Below, piece by piece: positions 13,385 through 25,161 of a stretch of 64,000 nucleotides of DNA. Numbering within the stretch: position 1 is the stretch's first letter; each line of letters begins with the position of its first letter. Under the pieces are notes generated by a model, which did no database searches, was not told the DNA's origin, and saw only the letters and a list, made by a program, of their open reading frames with translations. Where the stretch lies: contig NC_086109.1 in assembly GCF_963921235.1 (NCBI RefSeq), forward strand, positions 27,964,001-28,028,000. The letters are read 5' to 3'. The DNA comes from Mobula hypostoma (Eukaryota). The position numbers and the translations under genes were made by a program.

Positions 13385-13832
13385 TGCCTGGACTAGAGGA
13401 CATGTCTGAAGAAGATAAGCTGAGCAAGCTAGAGCTTTTCTCTTTGGAGTGAGGGAGAATGAGAGGTGACTTGATAGAGGTATACAAAAGGATAAGAGAC
13501 ATGGGTAGCCATGGACTTTATCCCAGGGTGGAAATGGCTAACACAAGGGGGTAAAATTTTTAAGGTGATTGGAGGAAAGTATAGGGGGATATCAAAAGTA
13601 AGTTATTTTACACAGAGAGTAATGAGTGCATGCTATGCCCTGCTGGGTGTGGTGGTAGAGACAGATACATTTGGAGCATTTAAGAAACTCTTAGCCAGGC
13701 ACATGGATGATAGAAAAAAACAGAGGGATATGTAGGAGAGAAAGGTTAGATTGATCTTAGATTTGATTAAAAGGCTGGTTCAACATTGTGTGCTGAAGGG
13801 CCTGTAGCGTGCTGTAATGTTCTATGTTCTAT
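13385..13832 (+). mobile_element. CR1 LINE 3' end
   Basis: FTQRVMSACYALLGVVVETDTFGAFKKLLARHMD remnant and (TTCTATG) tail. Confidence 0.7.
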
Positions 13833-14592
13833 ATCGCAATCTATAAAGGTATGAGAAATAACTGTATTAATAAAAGTGGTTAAACACTGTTTATCTTTAT
13901 ATAAATGCACAGTTTGGTATAGTCACTATTTTCTAGCAATAAAAATGGGAATTTAAATCCAGTTCTAGATATCACATTCCGAGGTGCAGCATTTCAAAAA
14001 AAAAAACCACATCATTAAAAGATCATTTTAGATGGAGAATAGTCGTATCAGGTCACATATGCTGACAAATCATCATAGTAAATTGAAAATAGCAGAGGTT
14101 AAACTAAGAAGGGTAATCCACGTCATGAGGAAGATTGAATGACAATAAAGAACTCCAGCTCCTGCTCTTGGCAGAACAAATCAGCATTCATTACTCTCAT
14201 GACAGATTGCAATACACTTACTGCCACCAACCTCTGCAGAATGCTCATTCTCCCATCCCTTCCAGAGAATGGTCCACAGCTTGCTTAAAGTAACTTACTG
14301 TCTGCATTCATCACTAATTCAAAACTAATTTATGCAGAAATTATGAGTTTCAAGCATGTCTGGAAGTGAAATATCAATAGGAACTTGCATCACAAGATGA
14401 GTTGTGCCAGAAGCCCCAAAAACAAAATTGTTTACGAAATTTCGACAGCAGAAATTCAGCTGCATCCTACAGCTGTATCATGTGTCAACATGATGGATGG
14501 TATTAGATGTTCTGAATATCCCCAAAAATTCAGAAACATCCAAATACAATTAACAATATCTTAAACTATAAATTAAAAATTGTAAGGCACTT

Positions 14593-15488
14593 TGTGACGA
14601 GAATACACATAGATTAAGATGTTAGCTGTCCTGTGCTGGCACCAGTGGGATAAGCAGTTGGTCTGCCACCTGTCTTCAGGAGAGAGATAAGGAAAACAAT
14701 AGAGCAGCATTTGGAGATGTTAATGAAGGGACGGGAGAGTTTAACGGAAGGAGAGCTGTCAAGATCGGCTCCCCCTTTGAACCCTGAACTGTTTGAAGTG
14801 ATGGACAGGCGATACCCCAGCAGGGGAATAAAAAGGGACAGGTTCGCTAAGGCAGGACACAGACGACACCCCGAGGTAACGAGACCCTGGAAGCGGTGCG
14901 TCTCCCACAAGTCGGTGGGAAGTTATGGAAGGCTGCTCGTGGGACCAAGCCATAGACGTACAGGGTGGAAAGGCACGATCAGCGGGAACCTGGTGTGTGT
15001 CCGCCCTTGCCTGGGTGCCAGGTTCACTGCAGAGTAACGATGGAATCTGGAAGCGGAGGGGTCACGGTCGGTGACCTCAGATGACATCACAAAGGGCTCG
15101 CCCGAAAGCTGACTGCGAAGAATATCGAAGGTCTGTGTGGAAGCCGTTTGAATATTCAGTCGTTTTGCTCTCTCTCTCCTTCCCCCCACTGTCCATCTCC
15201 CACGGCAGCGAGTACTGCGAACTGAACTGAACTAAATTGAACTGAACTTTGCGTCACTTTGAAACTGGTCATTTACCCCAGACAACGATAGAGCTTGATT
15301 GATCCTGTTATCTTAATTCTGTGTACATGTGTGTTTATCATTGCTGAACTGTTGCATTTATTATCCTTTTGATTAGAGTACTGTGTTGCTTGTTTCTTTA
15401 ATAAAACTTTCTTAGTTCTAGTAATCCAGATTCCAACTGAGTGATCCATTTCTGCTGGTTTGGCAACCCAGTTACGCGGTACGTAACA
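14593..15488 (+). mobile_element. Solo LTR of the Gmr1-like Gypsy family at 18481-23375 (opposite orientation)
   Basis: TGTGAC...GTAACA, flanked by a 4-bp TSD ACTT (14589-14592 / 15489-15492). AATAAA near 15400. Reverse complement is highly similar to both LTRs of the full element. Confidence 0.93.
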
Positions 15489-15934
15489 ACTTACAGTAAT
15501 GAAAACATTAAAATAAACCAAATAGTTTAAAAGCATGATATTTTACCGGAACATTCCTCTTCTGCTCAGACGTTTCTTCATATTGCAATAGATCTAACCT
15601 GGCCTGGGCAGATTCACTAGATTATATGTAGGCTAATTCAGTGGGGGCATATTCCACTGCTTGGCATTGTGCAGAGTCCAGCTAGGAAATTCCCATCAAA
15701 GCGCACTAAACAAGCTTGGAGCTTTCACAAGGGAGGACCACACATGCTGGCACTTACACTGCCCTTACTGACCGAAGGCATTTCCAAGCAACATCCATTC
15801 ATAAATTGCAATTATCCATTAAAATAAAGTTCAGGAAAAGGGCAGCAGATTTATTTGATTCATAACCAGAATAGTTTTGAGAAATTTGTTCAAAAGCATC
15901 AGAAGTATTACAGAAGCAGAAGTGCCTCACTGAC

Positions 15935-16084
15935 CTCTTGTTCTGAATTAACAACACGTGAAACAACCCCACTGGTGTAAATAGTTCCATTGGCACCTTC
16001 ATGAATTTTAATGTTGGACTTCCTGTGGCGAGAATCCAGCTCCCGTGTGCTGTCAAAAAGATCTAATATCTCTTCATTGTATAG
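15935..16084 (-). CDS. KIF21B: KIF21-type kinesin, exon 4 equivalent (150 bp)
   Basis: [50 protein letters not shown]. Acceptor TTGCAG|CTA, donor [30 protein letters not shown] resembles KIF21B more than KIF21A. Confidence 0.92.
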
Positions 16085-16798
16085 CTGCAATAGAAGACAA
16101 TAAATCCTGAAGTAAAGCCTGAAAACAAAGGTTATGCAATTTTTGGAATAGCTCAATTTGATAGACTTGCAAAATTTTCACCACATTGTATCAAAAATAT
16201 GACCCCTCAATCCAACCACCATAACATTAATTGACTGGAACTGCTTCCAAACAATATTCTGGAAACCTGACCTTCCTAAAGCTACTAATTTAGGCAGTTA
16301 GCAATATAGAAGTCAAGACTGCACATCCTGAGCAGCTGAGGGATGCTGTCAGCAACACTAGTCAAGCGTATCGGATGTTCTTCAGAATAGAATCAGGAAA
16401 ATTCACCTTTTCTACTGATCTCTGCTTTTTGCTTCCACCAATCTCAATCTATCAACAATCTTTAGGAAACAACTCAAGTCTTAGAAACTCGATCATGAGA
16501 TACAACTGTTTGTTCCTGTCTCTAATGAATATTTTACCTCAAAAAACTAACATGCTTCTGGAACTGGAGCTTTCTACGTGAATCACATATATATCCACAG
16601 AGGTCCGTGTACATACCAATTGGAATGCAATCCCCATTTTTACATCACTTGTAAAACATTCTACAGAACATATGGTATAATTTTCACTAATAGTACTGCC
16701 CTTGAAAAATAAAAGCAGGTCAAGTAAGATCTAGCCATTAATATTTACCAATAAACTTGGATTTTGTTTTTCAAAATATAATAAATGTATTGACATAC

Positions 16799-16981
16799 CT
16801 CAAGAAACTGAGCATTCACTTTGAATTCTGGTGGCTGCTTCCCTTCTTCCTGAGCAGCTTGCTTTCTCTCTGCAATTCCTTCAAAGAGATGCTTGACTGC
16901 ACGTGGAATTATACCTTGCTCCTCCACTGTAACATTCACATCAAACCCAGTGCCCATAGTATACGTCTTCCCCGAACCTGT
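16799..16981 (-). CDS. KIF21B: KIF21-type kinesin, exon 3 equivalent (183 bp), P-loop
   Basis: [61 protein letters not shown]. Acceptor TTTAG|ACA, donor GAG|GTATGT. Completes GQTGSGKT in frame with the previous exon. Confidence 0.93.
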
Positions 16982-17089
16982 CTAAAGTTAGAAGTTACAA
17001 AAGGCAGAAATATTAAGAAACAATTTTAAGTTAAAACTGATGCCCATCAAGAAATGGCAAAGGAATTTAGTACGGTAAATAAGAATGGA

Positions 17090-17400
17090 GATAATGGTGA
17101 GGAAGGCAAATGCAATGTTAGCATCCATTTTGAGAGGACTAGAATATCAAATCAAGGATGTAATGTTGAGGCTTCATGAAACACTGGTGAGGCCTCACTT
17201 GGAGTATTGTGAGCAGTTTTGGGCCCCTTAAAATGGATGTTCTGAAACTGGAGAGGGCTCAAAGGAGGTTCGCAAAAACGACTCCAGGATTGAATGACTT
17301 GTCATACATACGAAAAGTGTTTGATGACTCAAGACCTATATTCACTAGAATTCAGAAGAATGAGGGTGACCTAACTGAAACCTATTGACTTGATAGAGTA
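17090..17400 (+). mobile_element. CR1 LINE fragment
   Basis: CTGGTGAGGCCTCACTTGGAGTATTGTGAGCAGTTTTGG (LVRPHLEYC motif). Confidence 0.7.
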
Positions 17401-17752
17401 AGACTTTTGCACAGTACTGTAGTAATTGAGGAAGAGAGGGTAAGGAGCAGGAAGCACCGCAGAGACATTCTGTAATGATCAATACTCCAATTGTTTGGAA
17501 TCAAGTGACCTTGCCTCATGTCTGACACTGGGTGTGTCAGCACCTGCACCACCCCCAGTCACTGGCAGTTCTTCTCTGCCACCTGTCCCACACCCTTCCT
17601 GCGGCGCTCCAACCTCGCCATTCCCAACATCCTCTGCTCTCGCCAGATTAACAAGCACACCCTCCGCTCCATGTTGACAAATACAGTATTAATCCATAGT
17701 CTTAGGCATCCTCATTATATATACATGTACCTCAGATTTTTGCGCAATTCTG
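17400..17752. mobile_element. Tc1-like non-autonomous composite repeat (second copy 56150-56668)
   Basis: AAGACTTTTGCACAGTACTGTA end and shared internal sequence ACATTCTGTAATGATCAATA..CCAATTGTTTGGAAT. Confidence 0.6.
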
Positions 17753-18480
17753 TATATAAAACAAATATTGAACCTTTTGGATGACATCAAGTTTTGGTGT
17801 GACAGTAGTCTTCCACTCATATTAATGCAATTACAAAGAAGGCACAACATCAGCTATACAGTCGGCCCTCCTTATCCGTGAGGGATTGGTTCCGGGACCC
17901 CTCGTGGATACCAAAAAACGCAGATGCTCAGGTCCTTTATTCAACCTGGCTTAATGTGGTGGACCTTAGGACCCAGCGCTACCCCGGACCTTATTTAACC
18001 TGTTTCAATGAGGTGGGCATTAGGACCCAGCGGAGCAGCTCTGAATCCGCAGTGTTTCTGTTCTCAAAAATAATCACAATCATGATTGAAAATAAAGTGG
18101 AAATAATGAAGCCATCGGAAAGAGGTGAAAAGCCATCGGTCATTGGAAAATTGTTAGGCTACAGTCAGTCAACGACTGGAACAATTTTAAAGGATAAAGT
18201 GAGAACAGGCCCTGCCCTGATGAAAGCTACAATTATTACGAAGCAACGCAGTGGTTTAGTTATTGGGTTTTGGGGTTTTGGGATTTTGATCCTCTGCATC
18301 AACCCAGCACGGATGGAGAGCGCGCTCGGGAGTGGTCTGTCACTGGATCGAACTTGGGAACTTTTGTTCCCGACCCGGCACTGAAACACATGTTTCTAAT
18401 GTGTTTTATATGCATAGGAAGGTAAAATATATACTAGGACAAACGTTTGACTAACTGACGCTAAATAATATCGGATGTAC

Positions 18481-19326
18481 TGTTACGTACCCCGTAACTG
18501 GGTTGCCAAACCAGCAGAAATGGATCACTCAGTTGGAGTCTGGATTACTAGAACTAAGAAAGTTTTATTAAAGAAACAAGCAACACAGTACTCTAATCAA
18601 AAGGATAATGAATGCAACAGTTCAGCAATGATAAACATACATGTACACAGAATTCAGATAACAGGATCAATCAAGTTCTATCGTTGTCTAGGGGCAAATG
18701 ACCAGTTTCAAAGTGATGCAAAGTTCAGTTCAGTTTGCAGTAATCGCTGCCGTGGCGATGGACAGTGGGGGAAGGAGAGAGAGAGCAAAACGAATGAATA
18801 TTCAAACGGCTTCCACACAGACCTTCGCAGTCAGCTTTCGGGCGAGTCCTTTGTGATGTCATGTGAGGTCACCGACCGTGACCCCTCCGTTTCCAGATAC
18901 GATCGTTTCCCTGCACTGAACCTGGCACCCAGGCAAGGGTGGACACACACCAGGTTCCCACCGATCGTGCCTTTCCACCCTGTGCGTTTATGGCCCGGTA
19001 CTTCCCACCGACTTGTGACAGACGCACCGCTTCCAGGGTCTTGTTACCTCGGGTGTCGTGTGTGTCCTGCCTTAGCGAACCTGTCCCTTTTTATCCCCCT
19101 GCTGGGGTATCGCCTGTCCATCACTTCAAACAGTTCAGGGTTCAAAGGTGGAGCCGCTCTTGACAGCTCCCTCCTTCTGTTACTCTCTCTCCCGTCCCTT
19201 CATTACACATCTCCAAATGCTGCTCCATTGTTTTCCTTATCTCTCTCTCTCCTGAAGACAGGTGGCAGACCAACTGCTGATCACACAGGACAGCTAACAT
19301 CTTAATCTATGTGTATTCCGGTCACA
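18481..19326 (-). repeat. 3' LTR
   Basis: TGTTACGTAC...GTCACA on +. Preceded on - by the PPT. Direct repeat of 22520-23375. Confidence 0.95.
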
Positions 19327-19338
19327 CTTCCCCTCTTT
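19327..19338 (-). promoter_or_regulatory. Polypurine tract
   Basis: AAAGAGGGGAAG immediately before the TG of the 3' LTR on -. Confidence 0.85.
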
Positions 19339-19501
19339 AAGGATTTTTACCCGGGGTAAAAATTACAAACATGAATACATTATTTGATACACACAAAAAT
19401 ATACATCTTTATCAGCTATTTGGCTAATACAGCGAGTTTGAAGTTGTCAACACCTGACAGACAGTCAGCCATCACATTTTCTGTTCCTTTTATATGTGTT
19501 A

Positions 19502-22419
19502 TTAATAATCCCTTAGACCAGGCTCCAACTTAGCAAACTTCATAGTGGCCAAAAACACTGATGAATTGCGATCAATGTAACCTCTCATTTGGTTTTCTCC
19601 CGGACCACAATAACAAGGGTCGTCCCATTCCAACTTAGTTTTCTCTCGCAAGGGCTTAGTAGGAGGGGGAGAGGTAGTGACCGCAGAGTTATTGCAAAAC
19701 TTCCTACAGTACCCCACCATCTCCAAGAGCCTTCTGAGGGCCCTCTTGTCTGTCGGGGTTGGGAGGTCAGCGATAGCCTGCACTGTAGCTTGCATCGCTG
19801 CCAGCTGCCCCTGTGTCACCACAATTCCCAGGTAAGTGACCTTCGTGTGGCTGAACTCATTTTTTTCAAGGTTCACTATCAAGCTGGCTTCAGACAGCCG
19901 TATTAAATTGCCAATACACACCTCTGTGTTCGTCAGCCCTTTAGTCACTGAATTACTCATTCTATATGGATGTTGCTTGCTAGGCTTACCTAGTGTAACA
20001 GACACCACCCAACGTCCTAGTTCTTTGCATCGCCTCGGGACAATCAAACACACGAGTGCGAGTCGTTTAATTACTTCTCCTAAAGAGTCGCTTTGTTCGG
20101 GGATTAAAGGAGAGACCTTATCAGCAGAGCTGGCCAAAACAATAGCCTTCTCCCATCTGGTCGATACCATACTCATCTTTTCAAAATGGTTTTTCTCTCT
20201 TATCGGGGGGACCCTAGCTTCATTGATTTCTGTGCTAACCCCGACTAGGTTTGTTTGCATATCAAAAGCCTGTGACCGTCTCAGTTCGCGTCGGTCATAA
20301 TCAATAACATCCTTCCCCCTGTGCAGCCGGTAAACCTCTTTCATGATTCCACCAACTGTTCCCTCCAGTACCGCAAAATGTCCACCGGGGGGTACCTTGT
20401 GGGCCAGGTTAAAAACCTCATCCCCATAACTCTTTTGCACCACCCCCAATTCCTCATCTGCGGGCACGGCACTTGGTCTCCCTTGCTTCCTTAGCACTTC
20501 CTCCTCCACACAATAGCCTACTAGTTCCCTTGTCAAGTCTGTGTCAGAGAGAGCTGTCTCTGCCAAAACCATCAGCCCCTCGTCTCGCTCCTGCGTCTGC
20601 ACAAATACTTTCCTGGCTAATGCTACGTCTGTCCCAGCTCTCTTACTACCTCTTGCCTCACTACACTCCTTCTTTTCACTTTCTACCCCCTTCTGGTAAA
20701 AGGCTGGCAGAAACGTCTCAGCTAAATTTACTACCGCAGTCCCATGATGAACCTGTGAGTCCATGGGCGGGCCCTTATTGCTGGCAGGCAATCTCACGAC
20801 TGGGAACACGATTCCCCCGGCGACGTCATTACTGAGTAAGACTTCCATGCCTTTCATCGGTAATTCGGACCTCACCCCAATCGTGACTAGTCCAGAGACC
20901 AGGTTGCTTTGTAAGTGTACCTGGTGCAAAGGGACTGTTTCTGTCCCTTCTCCAATACCTTTGACCTTGACCTCCCCAGTCTGGGTCTCTGAGCTAAACT
21001 CTAATACACTCTTCAGTATTAGTGACTGACACGCTCCCGTGTCTCTCCAGATCCGCACTGGAACTGGTTTTAACCCCTCCTTCACTGACACCAATCCGGC
21101 CGAGATAAACTTCTCGCGTCCTTCCTTAACTTTGGCAGACCTGTCCTTCCCTAGCGGCTCGTTTACCAGCTCGATACAGCCAGTCAAAATCGCCGTTTTT
21201 CCTTTTCCCGTCTCCTTCTTTGGGGCAAAGCACCTGGACGCAAAGTGTCCGACTTTCTCACAATTATAACAGACGACCCCAGGAGACTTCCTACCAGACT
21301 GCTCCCGGTCTACCTTATCCTTCTCACTAGTCCCCGGCTTATTTTCTGACTTTTCTGGCGGACTCTCCCCGCCGTCCTGACTACCCTTCTGGTAGCCTGT
21401 ACTCGGGGCAAACTTCATTTTATGCGTCAACGCATACTCATCCGCTAACTTAGCAGTTGCGGCTAACGTGGCTGCCTCTTTCTCATCTAGGTAGGGTCTC
21501 ATACCTTCAGGGACACAACCTTTAAACTGCTCAATCAGGATCAGCTGTAGCAGTCTGTCATAATCCCCCTCTACCCCCTTCGAGGCGCACCAACGCTCAC
21601 AATATGTCTGCATCTCACGGGCAAACTCTAAATACGTGCGGTCCCACTGCTTCCTCGCATTCCGGAACCTCTGCCGGTATGTCTCCGGGACCAACTCATA
21701 AATCCTGAGGATGGCCTCTTTCACCACCTCGTACCTCTGGGCATCTTCCGCGGACAAGGCTGAGTAAGCTTGTTGGGCTTTCCCTTTCAGTACACTCTGA
21801 AGCAAAACAACCCACTTATCCCTCGGCCAGTCCTGACTGGTAGCAACTTTTTCGAAGTGGAGAAAGTACCGATCCACGTCGGTATCGTCAAATGGGGGAA
21901 CCAGCCTAACCTCCTGGGTCGCCCGGAACCCTCCACCTTGGTTCGGCACGAGCCCCTGCTCGGCCCTTATCTTTAACTTCTCCAGCTCGAATTCCCTTTC
22001 CCTCTGTTTCTCCTCTCGCTCCAGCTGTCTCTCTCTCTCTCTCTCTCTTGCCTTTCTAACTCTCTCTCCTGCCTTTCTAACTCTCTCTCCTTCTCTTCTC
22101 GCTGCAACTGTCTGTCCCTCTCTTTCTCTTCTCGCTCCAACTGCCGTACCCGGAACTCGTGCTCGAGTCTCAGTTTTTCAAGCTGCACCTGTACCGCGTC
22201 TCCAGCAGGTTTTTCAATAGACACCACCCCCAGCTCGCCTTGGGGAAACACACCTTTAGATACATAGTGCTCTACGATAGCTCTGTGTATCTCCTCTCTC
22301 CTCGTTGTCGACTTCCCCTTAGCAAGATTCAACCGTTTGGTCACAGCTACCAATTCCAATTTCCTGGCATCCTCTAATGCCTCCAAGGTCGGCGCCTTTA
22401 GAAATTCCTCAGCCTCCAT
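19502..22419 (-). pseudogene. gag-pro(-IN/RT remnant) polyprotein with one frameshift at the (GA)n run 22028-22048
   Basis: MEAEEFLKAP... coiled coil; SCAN-like capsid (YELVPETYRQRFR...LILIEQF); zinc knuckle CYNCEKVGHFASRC; aspartic protease RDTGA; decayed IN zinc region LAHKVPPGGHF; RT remnants KQHPYRM and VNLEKNEF...VTYLG...LRRLLEMVGYCRKF. No YxDD or DDE core found. Confidence 0.88.
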
Positions 22420-22490
22420 TTCTGCTGTTTGTCTTTTCTTTCTTTCGGGAATTTTAACACAAATCAATTTACTCCATCCCAAACTTAGCA

Positions 22491-22515
22491 TTCAAAATCG
22501 CGGACGAGAACCCCA
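22491..22515 (-). promoter_or_regulatory. Primer-binding site, tRNA-Pro-like (imperfect)
   Basis: TGGGGTTCTCGTCCGCGATTTTGAA, compared with the tRNA-Pro complement TGGGGGCTCGTCCGGGATTTGAA. It starts 4 nt after the 5' LTR. Confidence 0.75.
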
Positions 22516-22519
22516 CTTA

Positions 22520-23375
22520 TGTTACGTACCCCGTAACTGGGTTGCCAAACCAGCAGAAATGGATCACTCAGTTGGAGTCTGGATTACTAGAACTAAGAAA
22601 GTTTTATTAAAGAAACAAGCAACACAGTACTCTAATCAAAAGGATAATGAATGCAACAGTTCAGCAATGATAAACATACATGTACATAGAATTAAGATAA
22701 CAGGATCAACCAAGCTCTATCGTTGTCTAGGGGCAAATGATCAGTTTCAAAGTGATGCAAAGTTCAGTTTAGTTCGCAGTAATCGCTGCCGTGGGAGATG
22801 GACAGTGTGGGGGAAGGAGAGAGAGCAAAAACGAATGAATATTCAAACGGCTTCCACACACAGACCTTCGCAGTCAGCTGTCGGGCGAGTCCTTTGTGAT
22901 GTCATCTAAGGTCACCGACCGTGACCCCTCCGTTTCCAGATGCGATCGTTTCCCTGCGGTGAACCTGGCACCCAGGCAAGGGTGGACACACACCAGGTTC
23001 CCACCGATCGTGCCTTTCCACCCTGTGCGTCTATGGCCCGATACTTCCCACCGACTTGTGAGAGACGCACCGCTTCCAGGGTCTTGTTACCTCGGGTGTC
23101 GTATGTGTCCTGCCTTAGCGAACCTGTCCCTTTTTATCCCCCTGCTGGGGTATCGCCTGTCCATCACTTCAAACTGTTCAGGGTTCAAAGGGGGAGCCGC
23201 TCTTGACAGCTCCCTCCTTCTGTTACTCTCTCTCCCCCGTCCCTTCATTACACATCTCCAAATGCTGCTCCATTGTTTTCTTTATCTCTCTCTCTCTCTC
23301 CTGAAGACAGGTGGCAGACCAACTGCTGATCACACAGGACAGCTAACATCTTAATCTATGTGTATCCTTGTCACA
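22520..23375 (-). repeat. 5' LTR
   Basis: Direct repeat of 18481-19326. Followed on - by the PBS. Confidence 0.95.
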
Positions 23376-23676
23376 GTACCTGTTCTGACTTACTTAGTAA
23401 GAGAACTTCCGTTTTTTTTCCGATCCTGATCCACGAGAACCTACGCACATCCTCCCGTATACTTTAAATCATCTCTAGATTACTTATAATACCTAATACA
23501 ATGTAAGTGCCATGTAAAATAATTGTTATACTGCATTGTTTAGGGAATAATGACAAGAAAAAAAAGTCTGTACATGCTCGAACAACAAGTGCTGGAAGAG
23601 CACTTCTGGGTTTTCTCGATTTGCGGTTGGTTGAATTCGCGCTTGCGGAACCCGCAGATAAGGAGGGCAGACTGTA

Positions 23677-24160
23677 TTTCATTAGTAGCTTGAAGAGATT
23701 TGGTAAATCACTGAAAGATTCTCGCAAAATTTTACAGATGTACCATGCAGAGCATTCTAACTGGTTGCAACTCCGTTGGGGGATGGAGGGGCCACTACAC
23801 AGGATTGCAAGAAGCTGTAGAGGGTAGCGGATTTAGCCAGCTCCATCAGGGGCACTGACCTCCCCGGCATCGAGGGCATCCTCAAAGGGTGGTACTTCAA
23901 AATGGTGGCATCCATCATTAAAGACAACTGTCACTCAAAACAGGCCCTCTTCACATTGCTACCATCATGCAGGAGGTGCAGGAGCCTGAAGGCACACACT
24001 CAACATTTTAGGAACAGCTTATGCACATCCGTTACGAGATTTCTGAATCGACAATGATCCAACCCATGTATACTTGATTTTTATCTATTGTTCCGTACTG
24101 CTGCCACAGAACAACAGATTTCGCGACATATGCTAGTGATATTAAACCCAATTCTGATTC
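23677..24160 (+). mobile_element. Rex1/Babar-type LINE 3' fragment
   Basis: LYFISSLKRFG remnant and the ACAACAGATTTCGCGACATATGCTAGTGATATTAAACC..TTCTGATTCT tail. Confidence 0.65.
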
Positions 24161-24292
24161 TTATTTTGTACTAAATATTTCACATGTATAAAGTATAATT
24201 GGTTTTTTTTGTCAAGACAGTTGAATTTACTTCTATTTCTTGTTATTTCCCCACTCTCATTTTAATGGAACTGGCACATTAAGTTTCTCATT

Positions 24293-24582
24293 AGACCATA
24301 AGACAAAGGAGCAGAAGTTGGCCATTCGGCCCATCGAGTCTGCTCCGCCATTTTATCATGAGCTGATCCATTCTCCTATTTAGTCCCACTCCCTTGCCTT
24401 CTCACCATAACCTTTGATGCCCTGGCTACTCAGATACCTATCAATCTCTGCCTTAAATACACCCAATGACTTGACCTCTACTGCCGCCCATGGCAACAAA
24501 TTCCACAGATTCACCACCCTCTGGCTAAAGAAATTTCTTCGCATCTCTATTCTGAATGGGCGCCCTTCAATCCTTAAGTCAT
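24293..24582 (-). mobile_element. CR1 LINE 3' end (same young family as 42326-44055)
   Basis: AGACCATAAGACAAAGGAGCAGAAG..GGCCATTCGGCCCATCGAGTCTGCTC is nearly identical to 42326 onward. Confidence 0.8.
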
Positions 24583-24938
24583 AAGCTGATGCTTGTAAAA
24601 TTCAACATATTCATTGGTAGTTGTATGAAAGCTGATTCCTGCTTATCTCAATAGTATGAATACACTTAGATTTATGGTTATCTAGTTATTATCATTAGAT
24701 CACATTGGAAAACCATTTGATTAAAGTGGCGACTGAAAATAAATTTGAAAGACTCTCCCGGAGCCAGTCTCCTCATTGTTTACTTCTATAGTTAGAATAA
24801 CTCATTACAGGATTGTTGTCTTGCAATACATTTAAAAATAAAAGTTGTACAATCTGATAAAACTTATTACATATTTTTAATAGCCTCATTTTCTTATTCT
24901 GATATTATCTTACTGACACATTCATATTTTATTCTTAC

Positions 24939-25161
24939 CTGCCCATAGGCAAATACTGTTGCATTATATCCTTCGAAACATCCTTCTACAAGTTTATCAA
25001 CACAAGATTTGTAGACCCCATCTTGTCTAGCATCCATATCAAACATAAAATCAAATGTAAAAGCCTTGTCCTTTCCCAAGATAACTTGCGGCTCCCCCGG
25101 TGTAACCAATGTACAAATATGACATCCCTCAATCTTCTCTTTCGCGGATTGCGGACGGATT
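24939..25161 (-). CDS. KIF21B: KIF21-type kinesin motor, coding exon 2 equivalent (223 bp)
   Basis: Encodes [41 protein letters not shown]...[16 protein letters not shown]. Acceptor TTTTCCTGCCGCAG|A, donor CAG|GTAAGA. Length and phase match vertebrate KIF21 exon 2 as I recall it. Confidence 0.93.

Larger units (their letters stand above)
18481..23375 (-). mobile_element. Gmr1-like Ty3/Gypsy LTR retrotransposon, internally deleted (non-autonomous)
   Basis: Two LTRs of about 850 bp with TG...CA ends (18481-19326, 22520-23375), 4-bp TSD GTAC, PBS, PPT, and a gag-pro-(IN-RT remnant) ORF on -. Confidence 0.95.
17859..23674 (+). mobile_element. Tigger/pogo-like non-autonomous DNA transposon, split by the LTR element
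   Basis: TA|CAGTCGGCCCTCCTTATCC ... GATAAGGAGGGCAGACTG|TA. CENP-B/psq-type HTH remnant ITIMIENKVEIMKPSERGEKPSVIGKLLGYSQSTTGTILKDK. Confidence 0.88.

Noticed and set aside
18475..19305. 276-aa ORF covering the whole LTR (antisense to the element)
   Set aside because: The frame is broken by indels or stops in the other two LTR copies, the start lies outside the LTR, and there is no recognisable domain. Most likely chance.
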